64,000 bases of DNA, from contig CAXULY010000017.1 of NCBI GenBank assembly GCA_964252075.1, positions 36,195 to 100,194 on the forward strand, read 5' to 3'. The notes under the pieces are model-generated. The model was not told the DNA's origin. It saw nothing but the letters and a program-made list of their open reading frames with translations, and did not search any database. The DNA comes from an uncultured Deinococcaceae bacterium (lineage in GTDB: Bacteria > Deinococcota > Deinococci > Deinococcales > Deinococcaceae). A program made the position numbers and the translations under genes. How positions within the stretch are numbered: position 1 is the stretch's first letter; each line of letters starts with the position of its first letter. Shown here piece after piece: positions 1-13,235 of the stretch.

Positions 1-825
1 ACAGAGGGCTTCGCGGGCACGGCGGCGCTGGTCGTGACGACCCTTGAGGGCGCGCCGCTGCTGGGGGTGCAGCCGGAGCGGGTGTTCCCGTCCGCGAGCA
101 CCATCAAGGTGCCGCTCCTCGTGTGCGCGCTCGCGGCGGTGCAGGCGGGCGCCCTGCGCCTGGATGAGCGCGTGCCGTTGCGCGCCGAGGACCGCGTGGG
201 CGGCTCCGGGGTGCTGCACGAACTGCAGCCGGGCGTGGCGTTCTCGTGGCTGGACCTGCTGACCCTCATGACGGTCGTGAGTGACAACACCGCGACGAAC
301 GTGGTGATTGACCGCCTCGGCGCGGACGACTTCAACGTGTGGCTCTCCACGCGCGGCCTGCACGACACGCGCCTGATCGGGCGCCTGCAGCTACCGCCCG
401 AGCGGCAGAACGCCGCGCAGCGCCGGGGCGAGCGCAACCGCACGAGCGCGCGCGATCAGGTGCGCCTGCTGCTGGACCTGTGGGCGGGCCGGGTGCTGAA
501 CGCGGAACTCACAGCGCTCGCGCTGGACATCCTGGGGCGACAGCAGTTGCGGGACCTGATCGGGCGGGGCGTGCCGTGCGGGCCGGACGGCGCGCCCCTG
601 TACCGGGTGCTGTCCAAGAGCGGGGAGCTTGCGGGCGTGCATCACGACGTGGGGGTGCTGCTCACCCCCCGCCCGCTGGTGGTGGCCCTGCTGTCCGAGG
701 GCGGGAGCGACCCGCGCGAGCACCCGGAGAACCGGGACGTGGGGCTACTAAGCCGCGCGCTCTGGTCGGTTTTGTCCGTGCTGGGGGACATTCCGCCTGT
801 GCCCGAGGGCGTAGATTCGGTGTGA
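1..825 (+). CDS. Serine hydrolase, class A beta-lactamase/PBP-like (5' end probably outside the window)
   Basis: SxxK (SASTIK), SDN and KSG motifs; the frame is open back to base 1. Confidence 0.85.
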   Translation, partial: TEGFAGTAALVVTTLEGAPLLGVQPERVFPSASTIKVPLLVCALAAVQAGALRLDERVPLRAEDRVGGSGVLHELQPGVAFSWLDLLTLMTVVSDNTATNVVIDRLGADDFNVWLSTRGLHDTRLIGRLQLPPERQNAAQRRGERNRTSARDQVRLLLDLWAGRVLNAELTALALDILGRQQLRDLIGRGVPCGPDGAPLYRVLSKSGELAGVHHDVGVLLTPRPLVVALLSEGGSDPREHPENRDVGLLSRALWSVLSVLGDIPPVPEGVDSV

Positions 826-924
826 TGGCCGGAATCTGGCCGCTCCTCACCCGGGGTGCGGCGGGAACGTTATCCTGGGGGGAAATCGGCACGGAGGGTG
901 CCAACCCAACTTTGAGGGAGTGAG

Positions 925-1776
925 ATGGAACGAAACGACATTGTCATGCCATCGGTCGCCATCGTGGTCGCGGCGGTGATGTGGGTGCTGCTGCTCTTCA
1001 TGTTCAACAACGAGACGCAGGCGCCCCCCATCGAGGTGAGCCCGCAGGCGAAAGCCGCCGCCGCGCAGGCGTGGCCCACCACGGGCAAGCAGGTGTTCAC
1101 CACGAACTGCGAGGGCTGCCACGGCGCCGCTGGTCAGGGCGGCGCGGGTCCCAAGCTGGCCGGTGACCAGCGCATCCTGGAAGACCCGGGCATCATCATC
1201 CACAACGTGACCAAGGGCAAGGGCGCCATGCCCGCCTTCCCCAACCTCAAGACGGAGGAAGTGCTGGCGGTCTCGAACTACGTGCTGAACAGCTTCGGCA
1301 ACAAGCACGAGATCCTCGGCCCGGAGGTCTTCCAGCAGGCGAGCGGCCCGAGCCCCGAGGCGCTGAAGGTGCGCTCGCGCTTCGTGCCCGAGGAGATCAG
1401 CCAGCCGGAGATCTTCCTGACCATCTTCGTGGTGCTGCTGCTCACCTACGGCGTGATCGGGCTGTTCAGCGCGTGGGCGGAAGGCAACGAGCTGCGCCCC
1501 GGCATTCACAAGGTGCGCAGCTCGCCGCTGGCGATGCTCGCGATGGTCGCGACGCTCGCGGGCGTCATTCTGTTCGGCGTGCTGTTCGTGGTGGAGATCG
1601 TGCGCGGCATTCAGGGCATGAACAGCGACCCGGCCATTCCGCCGAACGTCACGCGCGAGGGGTTCTTCTCGGCCATGGTGGTGCTGCTGCTGGCGATCGC
1701 CCTCGGCCTGTACAAGAAGTACTTCATGGACGGAGAGGCCCTGATCGAGGACGCCAGCGGCGAGTTCCCCTGGTGA
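925..1776 (+). CDS. Membrane-anchored monoheme cytochrome c subunit of the bc complex, with a C-terminal 3-TM domain
   Basis: CEGCH heme motif, GAMPAF axial Met, hydrophobic segments; first gene of the Rieske/cytochrome b operon. Confidence 0.85.
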   Translation: MERNDIVMPSVAIVVAAVMWVLLLFMFNNETQAPPIEVSPQAKAAAAQAWPTTGKQVFTTNCEGCHGAAGQGGAGPKLAGDQRILEDPGIIIHNVTKGKGAMPAFPNLKTEEVLAVSNYVLNSFGNKHEILGPEVFQQASGPSPEALKVRSRFVPEEISQPEIFLTIFVVLLLTYGVIGLFSAWAEGNELRPGIHKVRSSPLAMLAMVATLAGVILFGVLFVVEIVRGIQGMNSDPAIPPNVTREGFFSAMVVLLLAIALGLYKKYFMDGEALIEDASGEFPW

Positions 1777-1804
1777 GGCGCCGCGCGGCAACTGGAGCAA
1801 TGCA

Positions 1805-2455
1805 ATGACCAAGTACACACGAGTTGATCCTGAAGTCACCCGGCGCAAGTTCATCAACGTGGCGCTGGGCACCACCGCCGGCATTGGCGGCATCAGCCTC
1901 CTCACGGTGGTCGGGGGGCTCAAGCCCTCCAACCTCATCACCCCAAACAAGCAGCTCCCCACGCCCGGCGACGTGCTGATCCACGCGGACGGCCCGAAGA
2001 AGGGCCAGCCCGTCGCGGTGGCGGACGTCACGCCCGGGCAGGCGGTCTTCGCGTACCCGCAGGGCAAGAGCAAGGACGGCAATGTGGTGCGGGACGGCCA
2101 GCCGCGCAACCAGATCGCGCTGGTGAAGTTTGATCCCGGCCAGCTGAAACCCCCGACCGACACGAAGGACGCGCCGAACGGCCTGATCGGGTACTCCAGT
2201 CAGTGCATGCACCTGGGCTGCGCGGTCGCGTACCGCCCGCAGGAGGACATCTTCCAGTGCCCCTGCCACGGCGGGCAGTACGACCCCACGCAGGCCTGCA
2301 AGGTGATCGGCGGCCCGCCGCCCGCGCCCCTGCCGCAGCTGCCGCTGCGCGTGGACGGCAACAACGTGGTGGTGGCGGGCGTGTTCACGAGCGCGCCCTT
2401 CGGGCTCTCCGAGGCCGAATTCACCTCGCAGGTCGAGGCCCTCAAGAAGGCCTGA
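1805..2455 (+). CDS. qcrA: Rieske 2Fe-2S subunit of the cytochrome bc complex
   Basis: TRRKF Tat motif; CMHLGC and CPCHGGQY boxes. Confidence 0.95.
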   Translation: MTKYTRVDPEVTRRKFINVALGTTAGIGGISLLTVVGGLKPSNLITPNKQLPTPGDVLIHADGPKKGQPVAVADVTPGQAVFAYPQGKSKDGNVVRDGQPRNQIALVKFDPGQLKPPTDTKDAPNGLIGYSSQCMHLGCAVAYRPQEDIFQCPCHGGQYDPTQACKVIGGPPPAPLPQLPLRVDGNNVVVAGVFTSAPFGLSEAEFTSQVEALKKA

Positions 2456-2537
2456 TGCAGCCGCAATTTGTTGTCTGGGACGCTGCGGCGCGCCGATTTT
2501 CGGCGCACAATAAGTGCAGTACTGCTGGGAGGCCCGT

Positions 2538-3815
2538 ATGAACCAATGGCTCGATGAACGCCTGCACATCAGCCGCCTGAACGACAAGTTCCTGCGCAAG
2601 GCGTTTCCCGTTCACCACTCCTTCTTCCTGGGTGAGATCACGCTGTTCAGCTTGATTGTCCTGATCCTGACGGGCATCCTGCTGGCCTTCGTGTACGAAC
2701 CCAGCGCGCAGCTCGTCGCGAACCCCACGGACGCCACGCAGCAGGTGCCGGCGGCGTACGCCAGCATCCTGCGCATCAACGCCATGCCGTACGGCGACAT
2801 GCTGCGGCGCATTCACCACTGGTCGGCGCACCTGATGGTCGCCGCCGCCATCCTGCACATGATGCGCATTTACTTCACGGGCGCGTTCAAGAAGCCCCGT
2901 GAGATCAACTGGTGGTTCGGTCTGCTGCTGCTGGTGTTCACCATGATCGAAGCGGTCATGGGGTACACCCTGCCGGACGACAACTTCGCGAGCACCACGC
3001 TGGGCGTGGTCGCGCAGATCGCGGGCGCCATCCCCTGGATCGGCGACTGGATCTCGCAGGTGGCCTTCGCGGGGCACCTCCCGAACCTGGGCGTCATTCC
3101 GCGCGTGTACGGCTACCACATCATGCTGCTGCCCCTGATCCTGCTGGCGCTGACCGCCGCGCACATGCTGATCATGGTGAAGCAGAAGCACACGCAGCCG
3201 CAGTACGCCAAGCGCATCGCGTACAAGAAGATCGTGGGTGTGCCGCTGCTCGGTCAGCAGACGCCCATCATGATCATGCTGGCGCTCCTCATGACCGGCC
3301 TGGTGATTCTGTTCGCGTCGTTCATCCCGGTGCACGCCGTCGAGGTGTACGGTCCGCCCAGCAACGCCGCGCCGCCCAACATCAAGCCCGACTGGTACCT
3401 GCTGTGGATCTTCGGTCTGCTGGAGATGATCCCGAGCAGCTTCAGCTTCACCTTCCTGGGCGGGAACTTCAGCACGGAGTTCTGGGGCGGCATCGTGGGC
3501 GCGGGTGTGGTCTTCGTGGTGCTGCTGGTGGTGCCGCTGCTGGACCGCAGCAAGGACAACCTCTACTACGCCGAGAACCCCACCGAGCACCCCAACCGCC
3601 TCGCGGCGGGCGTGGCGTTCCTGAGCCTGCTGATCGTGTGGTCGGTCGCGGCGTACAAGAACGACTTCAACTGGCCGGTGGCGCCGCTGTGGATCCTGAC
3701 CTTCGTGGTCCCAGCCGTCACGTACTTCATCACGGTCGGCATCGCGCGCGGCATCCGGGCGCTGCGCGACGCGGATGAGCGCGAGAGCCGCGCCGCCGTC
3801 TCCGCGGACGACTGA
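2538..3815 (+). CDS. qcrB: Cytochrome b of the bc complex
   Basis: Heme-ligating His pairs ([16 protein letters not shown]), PREINW and KPDWY; GGAGG upstream of ATG 2538. Confidence 0.95.
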   Translation: MNQWLDERLHISRLNDKFLRKAFPVHHSFFLGEITLFSLIVLILTGILLAFVYEPSAQLVANPTDATQQVPAAYASILRINAMPYGDMLRRIHHWSAHLMVAAAILHMMRIYFTGAFKKPREINWWFGLLLLVFTMIEAVMGYTLPDDNFASTTLGVVAQIAGAIPWIGDWISQVAFAGHLPNLGVIPRVYGYHIMLLPLILLALTAAHMLIMVKQKHTQPQYAKRIAYKKIVGVPLLGQQTPIMIMLALLMTGLVILFASFIPVHAVEVYGPPSNAAPPNIKPDWYLLWIFGLLEMIPSSFSFTFLGGNFSTEFWGGIVGAGVVFVVLLVVPLLDRSKDNLYYAENPTEHPNRLAAGVAFLSLLIVWSVAAYKNDFNWPVAPLWILTFVVPAVTYFITVGIARGIRALRDADERESRAAVSADD

Positions 3816-3830
3816 GCCGCGCGTCTGGAC

Positions 3831-3863
3831 AACCGGGGGGCCAAAAGGCACCCCGGTTTTTTT
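3831..3863 (+). terminator. Rho-independent terminator of the bc operon
   Basis: aaccggggggcc-aaaa-ggcaccccggtt hairpin followed by a T tract. Confidence 0.85.
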
Positions 3864-3895
3864 GCGGCGCGCCACCGCCACCTAGAATGACCAGC

Positions 3896-5968
<2,073 letters not shown>

Positions 5969-6218
5969 GCCGCGCGCCCTCCCCGCCCCCGCCCCGCGCG
6001 GGGGCGGCCTGCTTTGCCTTGCCGCAGGCCGCGCCCCTCCGCTAGCATGTGAAGGCTGCGCCCCGAGGGGCGCGCGTGGTGACCAGCCGAAGGAGGTGGT
6101 GGAGTGACAGCCGAAGACCAGCCGCCCAGTCAGGCCCCGACGTTCCTTGCACCCCACCGGACCGGGAGGTCACCATGCACCACATTCACAATTCATCTGC
6201 GCTCGGGGTGAGGGTCAC

Positions 6219-7151
6219 GTGCTGACCTACTACCGCTCCATCGGCGGGAAGCTGCACACCCTGGACGGCTACGTGAACGGCTGCTGGGTGAACGCCACCG
6301 ACCCCACGCCTGAGGAACTCGCGCGCGTGAGCCGCGAGACGGGCCTGCCGCTCGACTACCTGAATTACCCCCTGGACCTGGACGAACGCGCCCGTTTCGA
6401 GCGCGAGGACAGCCAGCTCCTGATCATCCTGCAGACCAGTTACCGCCTCAGTGAGGACAGCGACCTGCCGTACGACACCGTGCCGCTCGGCATCCTGCAC
6501 AACGACCACTGCGTGGTGACGGTGTGCGCGCTGGAGTGCCCAGTCATCCGGGACATCGTGAACGGCATGACGCGCGCGGTGTCCACCGCGAAGAAGAACC
6601 GCCTCACGCTGCAGCTCTTCCTGCGCAACGCGCAGCGCTTCCTGATCGACGTGCGGCACATCAACAAGCTGGTGGACCGCACGGAGGACCGCCTGGAGTC
6701 CAGCACCCGCAACAAGGAACTGCTGGAACTCCTGAAGCTGGAGAAGAGCCTGGTGTACTTCATGACGGCCCTCAAGGCAAACGAACTGATGATGGAGCGC
6801 GTGAAGCGCGACCGCATCTTCGAGCTGTACGAGGAGGACCAGGAGCTGCTGGACGACGTGCTGATCGAGAACCTGCAGGCCATCGAGATGGTCGGGATTG
6901 CCAGCAACATCTTGACGAGCATGTCCGGCACCTTCGCGAGCGTCATCTCGAACAACGTGAATCAGGTGGTGAAGCTGCTCACCACCACGACCATCCTGGT
7001 GGCCATCCCGACGCTCGTGACGGGCATCTTCGGCATGAACGTGCCCATTCCCGGGCAGAGCCACCCGTACAGTTTCGCGATCGCGCTCGGCATTGCCTTC
7101 GGCATCAGCGGCCTGCTGGCCGTTTTGTTCTACCGCTGGCGCTGGTTTTGA
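6219..7151 (+). CDS. corA: CorA-family Mg2+/Co2+ transporter
   Basis: GMN signature (IFGMNV), two C-terminal TMs; GTG start. Confidence 0.9.
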   Translation: MLTYYRSIGGKLHTLDGYVNGCWVNATDPTPEELARVSRETGLPLDYLNYPLDLDERARFEREDSQLLIILQTSYRLSEDSDLPYDTVPLGILHNDHCVVTVCALECPVIRDIVNGMTRAVSTAKKNRLTLQLFLRNAQRFLIDVRHINKLVDRTEDRLESSTRNKELLELLKLEKSLVYFMTALKANELMMERVKRDRIFELYEEDQELLDDVLIENLQAIEMVGIASNILTSMSGTFASVISNNVNQVVKLLTTTTILVAIPTLVTGIFGMNVPIPGQSHPYSFAIALGIAFGISGLLAVLFYRWRWF

Positions 7152-7166
7152 GGGGCGCCCAGCCCC

Positions 7167-8084
7167 TCACCACCACCCGCGCTTGCGGAAGTACACGACC
7201 ATCGCGAGGGCGATCACCGCGAAGCAACCCCACGCGAAGGCGTACCCGTACCGCCAGTGCAACTCGGGAATGAACGCGAAGTTCATGCCCCACACACCCG
7301 CCAGGAAGGTGAGCGGCAGAAACACCGTGCTGACGGACGTGAGGGTCCGCATGACCTCATTCATGCGGTTGCTCTGCACGCTGAGGTGCACGTCCAGGAT
7401 GCTGGAGAGCACCTCGCGGGCGCTATCGAGGTTGTCGGTGGCGCGTGTGAGGCTGTCCCACACGTCACGGAAGCGCACGGCGTCCATGCCCTGCATCTGC
7501 CCGTGGCGCGTGAGGTTCCCGACAGAGTCGCGCGCGGCCGTCACGAGGCGCCGCGCGGCCATCACGCGGTGCTTGTACCCGAAGATCTGGCGCACCACCT
7601 CGGTGTCCCCGCGGCTCTCCACCATCTGCTCCTCGAGGTCGTCGATCTGCTCGCCGAGCGCGTCACTGAAGGTAAAGAAGGTGTCCGCGCCGCTGTCCAG
7701 CAGCTCGTACGTGATTTCTGGGACGGAGTTGATGTGCTCGCGGCCCGTGAGGGCCCACACCCGTTCGAGGTAACTGACGGTCTCGTTCGTGATGGTCAGT
7801 ACGGCGTCCGGGTACAGGAAGAGGCTGGCGCGTTCGGTGCGGTCCGTGCACTGTTCGGGCTCCGCGAAGGTCCGCAGGATGAAGAAGTCATGCTCGGGGT
7901 AGCTCTCGAAGCGGCTCCAGTGGCCTTTCTCGAAGGCGTCCTCGAGGGCCAGCATGTTCATGGGGAAGACGGCCTTCAGGCTCGCGAGCTCCTCGGGGGT
8001 CGGCGCGCAGGCGTCCACCCACACGCCCTGGTGCTGGCCCTGCCACGGCTCGGTCTGGCCCTTGAAGGTCTTGACGCGGATCAT
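7167..8084 (-). CDS. corA: Second CorA-family transporter
   Basis: GVWGMNFAFIPEL signature; QSNRMNEVMRTL. Confidence 0.9.
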   Translation of the reverse strand: MIRVKTFKGQTEPWQGQHQGVWVDACAPTPEELASLKAVFPMNMLALEDAFEKGHWSRFESYPEHDFFILRTFAEPEQCTDRTERASLFLYPDAVLTITNETVSYLERVWALTGREHINSVPEITYELLDSGADTFFTFSDALGEQIDDLEEQMVESRGDTEVVRQIFGYKHRVMAARRLVTAARDSVGNLTRHGQMQGMDAVRFRDVWDSLTRATDNLDSAREVLSSILDVHLSVQSNRMNEVMRTLTSVSTVFLPLTFLAGVWGMNFAFIPELHWRYGYAFAWGCFAVIALAMVVYFRKRGWW

Positions 8085-8148
8085 GCCCTCAGCCTAGAGG
8101 GAAGGTGGTGCGCAGAGCGTGAAGTGCGGCGGCGCATTATCCTGACGC

Positions 8149-9354
8149 GTGCCCGCCCGACGCTCCCCCAGCCCGCCCGAGCAGTTCCTGGAACTCTCGG
8201 AACTCCTGTCGTACGTCGCGCAGGTCGTCGCGCGCGGCATTCCCGGCGCGGTGTGGGTGCGCGCGGAGGTCGCGAGCGTCACGGACCGCCGCCACCTGTA
8301 CTTCGATCTGGTGCAGCTGGAGGGCGGCGAAGAGGTCGCCAAGACCCGCGCGAACCTGTGGGCGCGCGAGCGCTACGCGCTGGAGGGGCAGTTCGTGCGC
8401 GCGACGGGCGGGCCCTTCGCGGCGGGCCAGAAACTCCTGTTGATGGTCACGGCGGACTTCCACGAGCAGTACGGCTTCTCTCTCACCATCGTGGATGTGT
8501 CGCCGGAGTACACGCTGGGGGACGCCGCGCGCAAACTCACGGAGCTGCGCGAGGCGCTGGTGCGCGCGGGCCTGTACGACCTGAACCGCCAGTTGCCGGC
8601 GCCCCAGGATTACCGCCGGGTGGCGGTGCTGAGCCCCTCGGGCGCGGCGGGCCTGGGGGACTTCCGGCGGGAGGCGGACCGCCTAGAGGCGGGCGGCGTG
8701 ACGGACTTCCGGTACTTCGAGGCGACCTTCCAGGGCCGCGAGGCGCCGCGCTCCCTGCTCTCGGCGCTCGCGGCGGCGCAGCTGGAGCACGCCGCCCAGC
8801 CCTTCGACGCGCTGGTCATTATCCGGGGCGGTGGGGCGGTGACGGACCTCGCGTGGCTGAACGACCTGGACCTCGCGCGCGCCGTGTGCGCCTTCCCCGC
8901 GCCGGTCGTGACGGGCATCGGGCACGCGCGGGACGACACCATCCTGGATGAGGTGGCGTGCGTGCGCTGCGACACGCCCAGCAAGGCCGCGCAGCTCATC
9001 GTGGGTACGGCGGCGGCGGCGGCGGCGCAGGCACAGGCGGACTGGCGTGCCGTGCAGGCGGCGGGCGCGGGCCTGATGGCAGGCGAGTCGGGGCGCGTGG
9101 AGGCCAGCCGCGCGCGGGTGGGGCGCGCGGCGCGCGGGCTGCTGGATGTCCAGGCGGCGCGGCTGGACCTCACCATGCGCTCGGTGCTGGGCCTCACGCC
9201 CGAGCGGACGCTGGCACGCGGGTACGCGCTGGTGCGCGGCGCGGACGGGCAGGTGGTGCGCGGGACGGAGCAGGCGCGCGCCGAAGGCCGCCTGACCCTG
9301 GCCTTCGCGGATGGGGACGTGCCGGTGCGGGTGGAGCCCACCCCCCCGCGCTAG
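8149..9354 (+). CDS. xseA: Exodeoxyribonuclease VII large subunit
   Basis: OB fold HLYFDL, IIRGGG, TGIGH, DTPSKAA, TLARGYA. Confidence 0.93.
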   Translation: MPARRSPSPPEQFLELSELLSYVAQVVARGIPGAVWVRAEVASVTDRRHLYFDLVQLEGGEEVAKTRANLWARERYALEGQFVRATGGPFAAGQKLLLMVTADFHEQYGFSLTIVDVSPEYTLGDAARKLTELREALVRAGLYDLNRQLPAPQDYRRVAVLSPSGAAGLGDFRREADRLEAGGVTDFRYFEATFQGREAPRSLLSALAAAQLEHAAQPFDALVIIRGGGAVTDLAWLNDLDLARAVCAFPAPVVTGIGHARDDTILDEVACVRCDTPSKAAQLIVGTAAAAAAQAQADWRAVQAAGAGLMAGESGRVEASRARVGRAARGLLDVQAARLDLTMRSVLGLTPERTLARGYALVRGADGQVVRGTEQARAEGRLTLAFADGDVPVRVEPTPPR

Positions 9355-9365
9355 ACTGACCGCCG

Positions 9366-9575
9366 ATGACGAGTTACCGCGAGGCTTACGCCACCCTGAG
9401 CCGCATCGCCGCCGAGCTGGAAAGCGGTGAGGCGGACGTGGACCGGGTGCTGCCGCTGCTGGAGGAGGCGCGCGCGGCGTATGAGGCGTGCCGCGCGCGC
9501 CTGGACGCGGTGCGCCGCGCCCTGGGGGACGACTGGGCGGACGACGATGACGACGCGGAAGATGACGAGGACTGA
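9366..9575 (+). CDS. xseB: Exodeoxyribonuclease VII small subunit
   Basis: SYREAYATL..LESGE pattern, 69 aa, directly follows xseA. Confidence 0.9.
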   Translation: MTSYREAYATLSRIAAELESGEADVDRVLPLLEEARAAYEACRARLDAVRRALGDDWADDDDDAEDDED

Positions 9576-9593
9576 CCTCCCGGGGCGCCGCGC

Positions 9594-10277
9594 GTGATTC
9601 CCTGGGAGTTGCTGGACCGCGCGCCCATCCCCGGCAGCGCAGATGAGTTGCTGCTGTGGCGGCGCGGCGACGAGTTCTCCATCCGCATCTCCGGGTACGC
9701 GAGTGAACTTATGAACAGCCGCCTGTTCACGTCCGAGCAGATGCTCGCGAAGCTGGCGTGCGCGGTGATCGCCGGGCGGCCCGCGCTGCACGTGCTGATC
9801 GGCGGGCTGGGCATGGGCTTCACGCTGGGCGCGGCGCTGGGCGCGCTGGGCGCGCAGGCGCGCGTGACGGTCGCGGAGCTGGTGCCGCAGGTGGTGGAGT
9901 GGAACCGCGGGCCGCTGGGCGAGCGCACGGGGCGACCGCTGGACGACGCGCGCTGCGAGGTGCGCGTCGCGGACGTGGCGGCGGTGCTGCGCGGGGCGCA
10001 GGGGCGGTACGACGCGGTGCTGCTGGACGTGGACAACGGCCCGGAGGGCATGACGCACGCCGGGAACGGCTGGCTGTACGGCGCGGCGGGGCTGGGCGTC
10101 ATCCGGGGCGCGCTGACGCCCGGCGGGGTGCTGGCGGTGTGGTCGGCGGAACCGGACCCGGCGTTCGAGGCGCGGCTGGCCCGCGCGGGCTTCGCGGTGA
10201 CGCCGCACATCGTGCGCGCGCGGCCTGGCAAGGGCGCGCGTCACACCATCTGGCTGGCGCGCACCGCGGCCCGCTGA
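9594..10277 (+). CDS. Spermidine-synthase-like SAM-dependent transferase
   Basis: [30 protein letters not shown]. Confidence 0.8.
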   Translation: MIPWELLDRAPIPGSADELLLWRRGDEFSIRISGYASELMNSRLFTSEQMLAKLACAVIAGRPALHVLIGGLGMGFTLGAALGALGAQARVTVAELVPQVVEWNRGPLGERTGRPLDDARCEVRVADVAAVLRGAQGRYDAVLLDVDNGPEGMTHAGNGWLYGAAGLGVIRGALTPGGVLAVWSAEPDPAFEARLARAGFAVTPHIVRARPGKGARHTIWLARTAAR

Positions 10278-10419
10278 CGGTGGGGCGCGTCTTGAGCGCC
10301 CCGGCAAGTCGTGATACAGTGTTTGGCTGATGACCCGCTTCACGCGGGAGCAATCTCGCGCCCGCGCGCGGCGGCCCTCCAGGGGACCCGCCGCACCGGG
10401 TGGAGGCAGGGAGGAAGAC

Positions 10420-10722
10420 ATGTTTGCGATCATTACGAGCGGTGGGAAACAGTACCGCGTGCAGGAAGGCGACACGCTGCGCGTGGAGAAGCTCACGGGC
10501 GAGGCGGGCGACAAGCTGAGCCTCACCCCCATCCTGGTGGGCGGCGAGCAGACCGTGTGGGGCGATGACGCCGCCAAGTTCACGGTGAACGCCGAGGTCG
10601 TGGATCACGGCCTGGGCAACAAGATCTACGTGCGCAAGTACAAGAGCGGCATCCAGTACCGCCGCCGCACGGGTCACCGTCAGCAGTACACCGCCATCCG
10701 CATCCTGGGCATCCAGGGCTGA
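10420..10722 (+). CDS. rplU: 50S ribosomal protein bL21
   Basis: [19 protein letters not shown]. Confidence 0.98.
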   Translation: MFAIITSGGKQYRVQEGDTLRVEKLTGEAGDKLSLTPILVGGEQTVWGDDAAKFTVNAEVVDHGLGNKIYVRKYKSGIQYRRRTGHRQQYTAIRILGIQG

Positions 10723-10746
10723 AGCGAAAGAAGAAGGTGAATTGAC

Positions 10747-11022
10747 ATGGCACACAAGAAAGGCGTCGGTTCTTCCAAGAACGGTCGTGACAGCAACCCC
10801 AAGTACCTGGGCGTCAAGAAGTTCGGTGGCGAGCAGGTCGTGGCGGGCAACATCCTGGTGCGGCAGCGCGGCACGAAGTTCCAGGCGGGCGCGGGCGTCG
10901 GCATGGGCCGCGACCACACCCTCTTCGCGCTCGTGAATGGCGTCGTGACCTTCGCTGACAAGGGCCAGAAGGGCCGCTTCATCAGCGTGCAGGGCGCGCC
11001 CCAGACCGTCGCGGCGGACTGA
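10747..11022 (+). CDS. rpmA: 50S ribosomal protein bL27
   Basis: [32 protein letters not shown]. Confidence 0.99.
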   Translation: MAHKKGVGSSKNGRDSNPKYLGVKKFGGEQVVAGNILVRQRGTKFQAGAGVGMGRDHTLFALVNGVVTFADKGQKGRFISVQGAPQTVAAD

Positions 11023-11039
11023 GGACACCGGTTCACCTC

Positions 11040-11068
11040 AGGGCCGGGCCTGCGGGTCCGGCCCTTTC
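11040..11068 (+). terminator. Terminator after rpmA
   Basis: agggccgggcc/gggtccggccct hairpin followed by ttct. Confidence 0.7.
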
Positions 11069-11196
11069 TCGTGCCGCGCGCTGTGACCCGCCTTCCGCTC
11101 CCGCCGCCCGCACCTGATAAAATGATTTGATTGGGCCTGACCGCCGCGCTCCGAGGAGCATGCCGGCCGTCAGGCCGCCTTCTGAGGAGTTGTGAC

Positions 11197-12507
11197 ATGC
11201 CCTTTCGTGACGTACTGGACATAGAAGTGGTGGCCGGCAATGGCGGCGACGGCGCCATGAGTTTTCACCGCGCCAAATACATGCCCAAGGGCGGCCCGGA
11301 CGGCGGGCACGGCGGCAAGGGCGGCAGCGTGATCCTGCGCGCCATCACCGGCGTGGAGAGCCTGGAGCGCCTGCTCGGCAAGCGCAAGTTCAAGGCCGAG
11401 AGCGGCCGCTACGGCGAGGGGCGCCTGCGGCACGGCGCGGACGGCGTGGACCTCATCATTGACGTGCCGGTCGGGACGGTCGCCATTGACCGCGACACCG
11501 ACCGTGTGATCGCGGACATGACGCGCCCCGGTGAGCTGAAGGTCGTGGCGCGCGGCGGGACGGGCGGGCGCGGCAACAGCGTGTTCGTGACGCCCACCCG
11601 TCAGGACCCGCGCTTCGCGGAGCTCGGCACGCGCGGCGAGAACCGCCGCCTGCGCCTGGAACTGCGCCTCATCGCGGATGTGGGCCTCGTGGGGTACCCG
11701 AACGCCGGGAAGTCCAGCCTGCTCGCGGCGCTCAGCAACGCCAACCCCGCGATTGCCGCGTACCCCTTCACGACCCTCTCCCCCATCCTGGGCGTGGTGG
11801 AACCCGTGCACGCCGACACCGACGACCGGCGCCTCACCATGGCGGATATTCCGGGCATCATCGAGGGCGCGAGCGAAGGCAAGGGCCTGGGGCTGGAGTT
11901 CCTGCGGCACATCTCGCGCACGCGCCTGCTGGTGTACGTGCTGGACGTGAGCCGCGACCCCGTCGCGGAACTGCGCGGCCTGCAGGCCGAGCTGCGCGCC
12001 TACGACCCCAGCCTGCTGGAGAACGCCGCGCTCGTGGCGCTCAACAAGGTGGACCTGGTGGACGAGGACCTCGCTGGGATGGTGGAGCACGACCTCGCCG
12101 AGGATGGCCTGCCGGTGCTGCGCGTGAGCGCCGCCGGGCACGGGGGCCTGGACGCCTTCAAGGACGCGCTGTTCGCGCTGCTGCCTGCCCGCCCGGAGAT
12201 CCCGGCGGTCAGCGACGAGGACGTGGAGGAGGTGTGCACCGAGCCGGTGCGCGTGGTGCTGGAGCGCGGCCCCGTGCCGAAGGACGGCGAGGAAGGCGAC
12301 GCCGAACGCATCTGGGTGGTGACGGGCGGCGGCTTCGAGGAGCGCCTCACGCGCTTCTCGCGCTACCTGGACGCCGCCGCGGAGTACCTCGCGAACGTCT
12401 TCAAACGCCAGGGCCTCACGGGCGCGCTGCGGCGCGCGGGCGCGCGTGAGGGCGACACGGTCGCCATCGGGAACTTCAAGTTCGAGTACTACGAGGACGA
12501 GCATTGA
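11197..12507 (+). CDS. obgE: GTPase ObgE/CgtA
   Basis: Gly-rich Obg fold, [22 protein letters not shown]-terminal OCT domain. Confidence 0.98.
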   Translation: MPFRDVLDIEVVAGNGGDGAMSFHRAKYMPKGGPDGGHGGKGGSVILRAITGVESLERLLGKRKFKAESGRYGEGRLRHGADGVDLIIDVPVGTVAIDRDTDRVIADMTRPGELKVVARGGTGGRGNSVFVTPTRQDPRFAELGTRGENRRLRLELRLIADVGLVGYPNAGKSSLLAALSNANPAIAAYPFTTLSPILGVVEPVHADTDDRRLTMADIPGIIEGASEGKGLGLEFLRHISRTRLLVYVLDVSRDPVAELRGLQAELRAYDPSLLENAALVALNKVDLVDEDLAGMVEHDLAEDGLPVLRVSAAGHGGLDAFKDALFALLPARPEIPAVSDEDVEEVCTEPVRVVLERGPVPKDGEEGDAERIWVVTGGGFEERLTRFSRYLDAAAEYLANVFKRQGLTGALRRAGAREGDTVAIGNFKFEYYEDEH

Positions 12508-12617
12508 AGGCGGGGACCTTGAGCGTTTTCTGTTTGATCTCTCAGGTCCCCAGGTCAGGGGGTGGGTATACTCTGAGGATACGCCCGGCACGCCGAGCGA
12601 GCACCAGTCACACGTTC

Positions 12618-13235
12618 ATGACCAGGTCCGTTTCTGCCGCCCCCACCACACCCATCCTGCCTGAAGGCTGGATTGCCCGGGTGCGCCTGATGGTGCGCCC
12701 ACGGCGTTTCGAGCACGTGCTGCGGGTGGCGGCGCTGGCGCGCGATATCGCGCTGTCGGCGGGCGCGGACGCGACCCGCGCGTACGTCGCGGGCCTGCTG
12801 CACGATATCGCGCGGGACCTGCCGGACCAGGAGCTGCTGCGGCTCGCGCCGCCCGAGTGCGCCATTGACCGCGCGCACCCCATGGCGGTGCACGGCCGGG
12901 CGGGCCGCGCGCTGCTGGAACGCTGGGGTTTTCAGGACCGCACGGTGCTGGAGGCCGTGGAAGACCACACGACCGGCCCGCGCGCCGGTCACGCGGTGGC
13001 GCAGGCGGTGTACATCGCGGACGTCTCCGAGCCGGGGCGCGGCGTGAACGCCGACATTCGCGCGCTGGCCTTCGAGGACCTGCAGGCCGCGACGGAACAG
13101 GCCATCATCAGCAAGGTGACGTACCTGCTGGGGCGCGGCATTCCGGTGCACCCCCGCACCCGCGCGGTGTACGAGGCGCTGCTCGCGGTCCGTGAGGCGC
13201 GGCTGGCCGCCGGGCCCGGTGGGACCGCCCGGTGA
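12618..13235 (+). CDS. yqeK: YqeK-family HD hydrolase (symmetrical Ap4A hydrolase)
   Basis: RFEHV, LLHDIAR, HTTG, YIADVSEPGR; obg-rsfS context; start uncertain. Confidence 0.88.
   Translation: MTRSVSAAPTTPILPEGWIARVRLMVRPRRFEHVLRVAALARDIALSAGADATRAYVAGLLHDIARDLPDQELLRLAPPECAIDRAHPMAVHGRAGRALLERWGFQDRTVLEAVEDHTTGPRAGHAVAQAVYIADVSEPGRGVNADIRALAFEDLQAATEQAIISKVTYLLGRGIPVHPRTRAVYEALLAVREARLAAGPGGTAR

Noticed and set aside
1..825. Functional antibiotic-resistance beta-lactamase
   Set aside because: No recognisable omega-loop ExxLN motif; more likely a PBP-like serine hydrolase
6040..6218. M-box (ykoK) riboswitch upstream of corA
   Set aside because: I could not find the conserved M-box core or a terminator; reported as candidate uORFs instead
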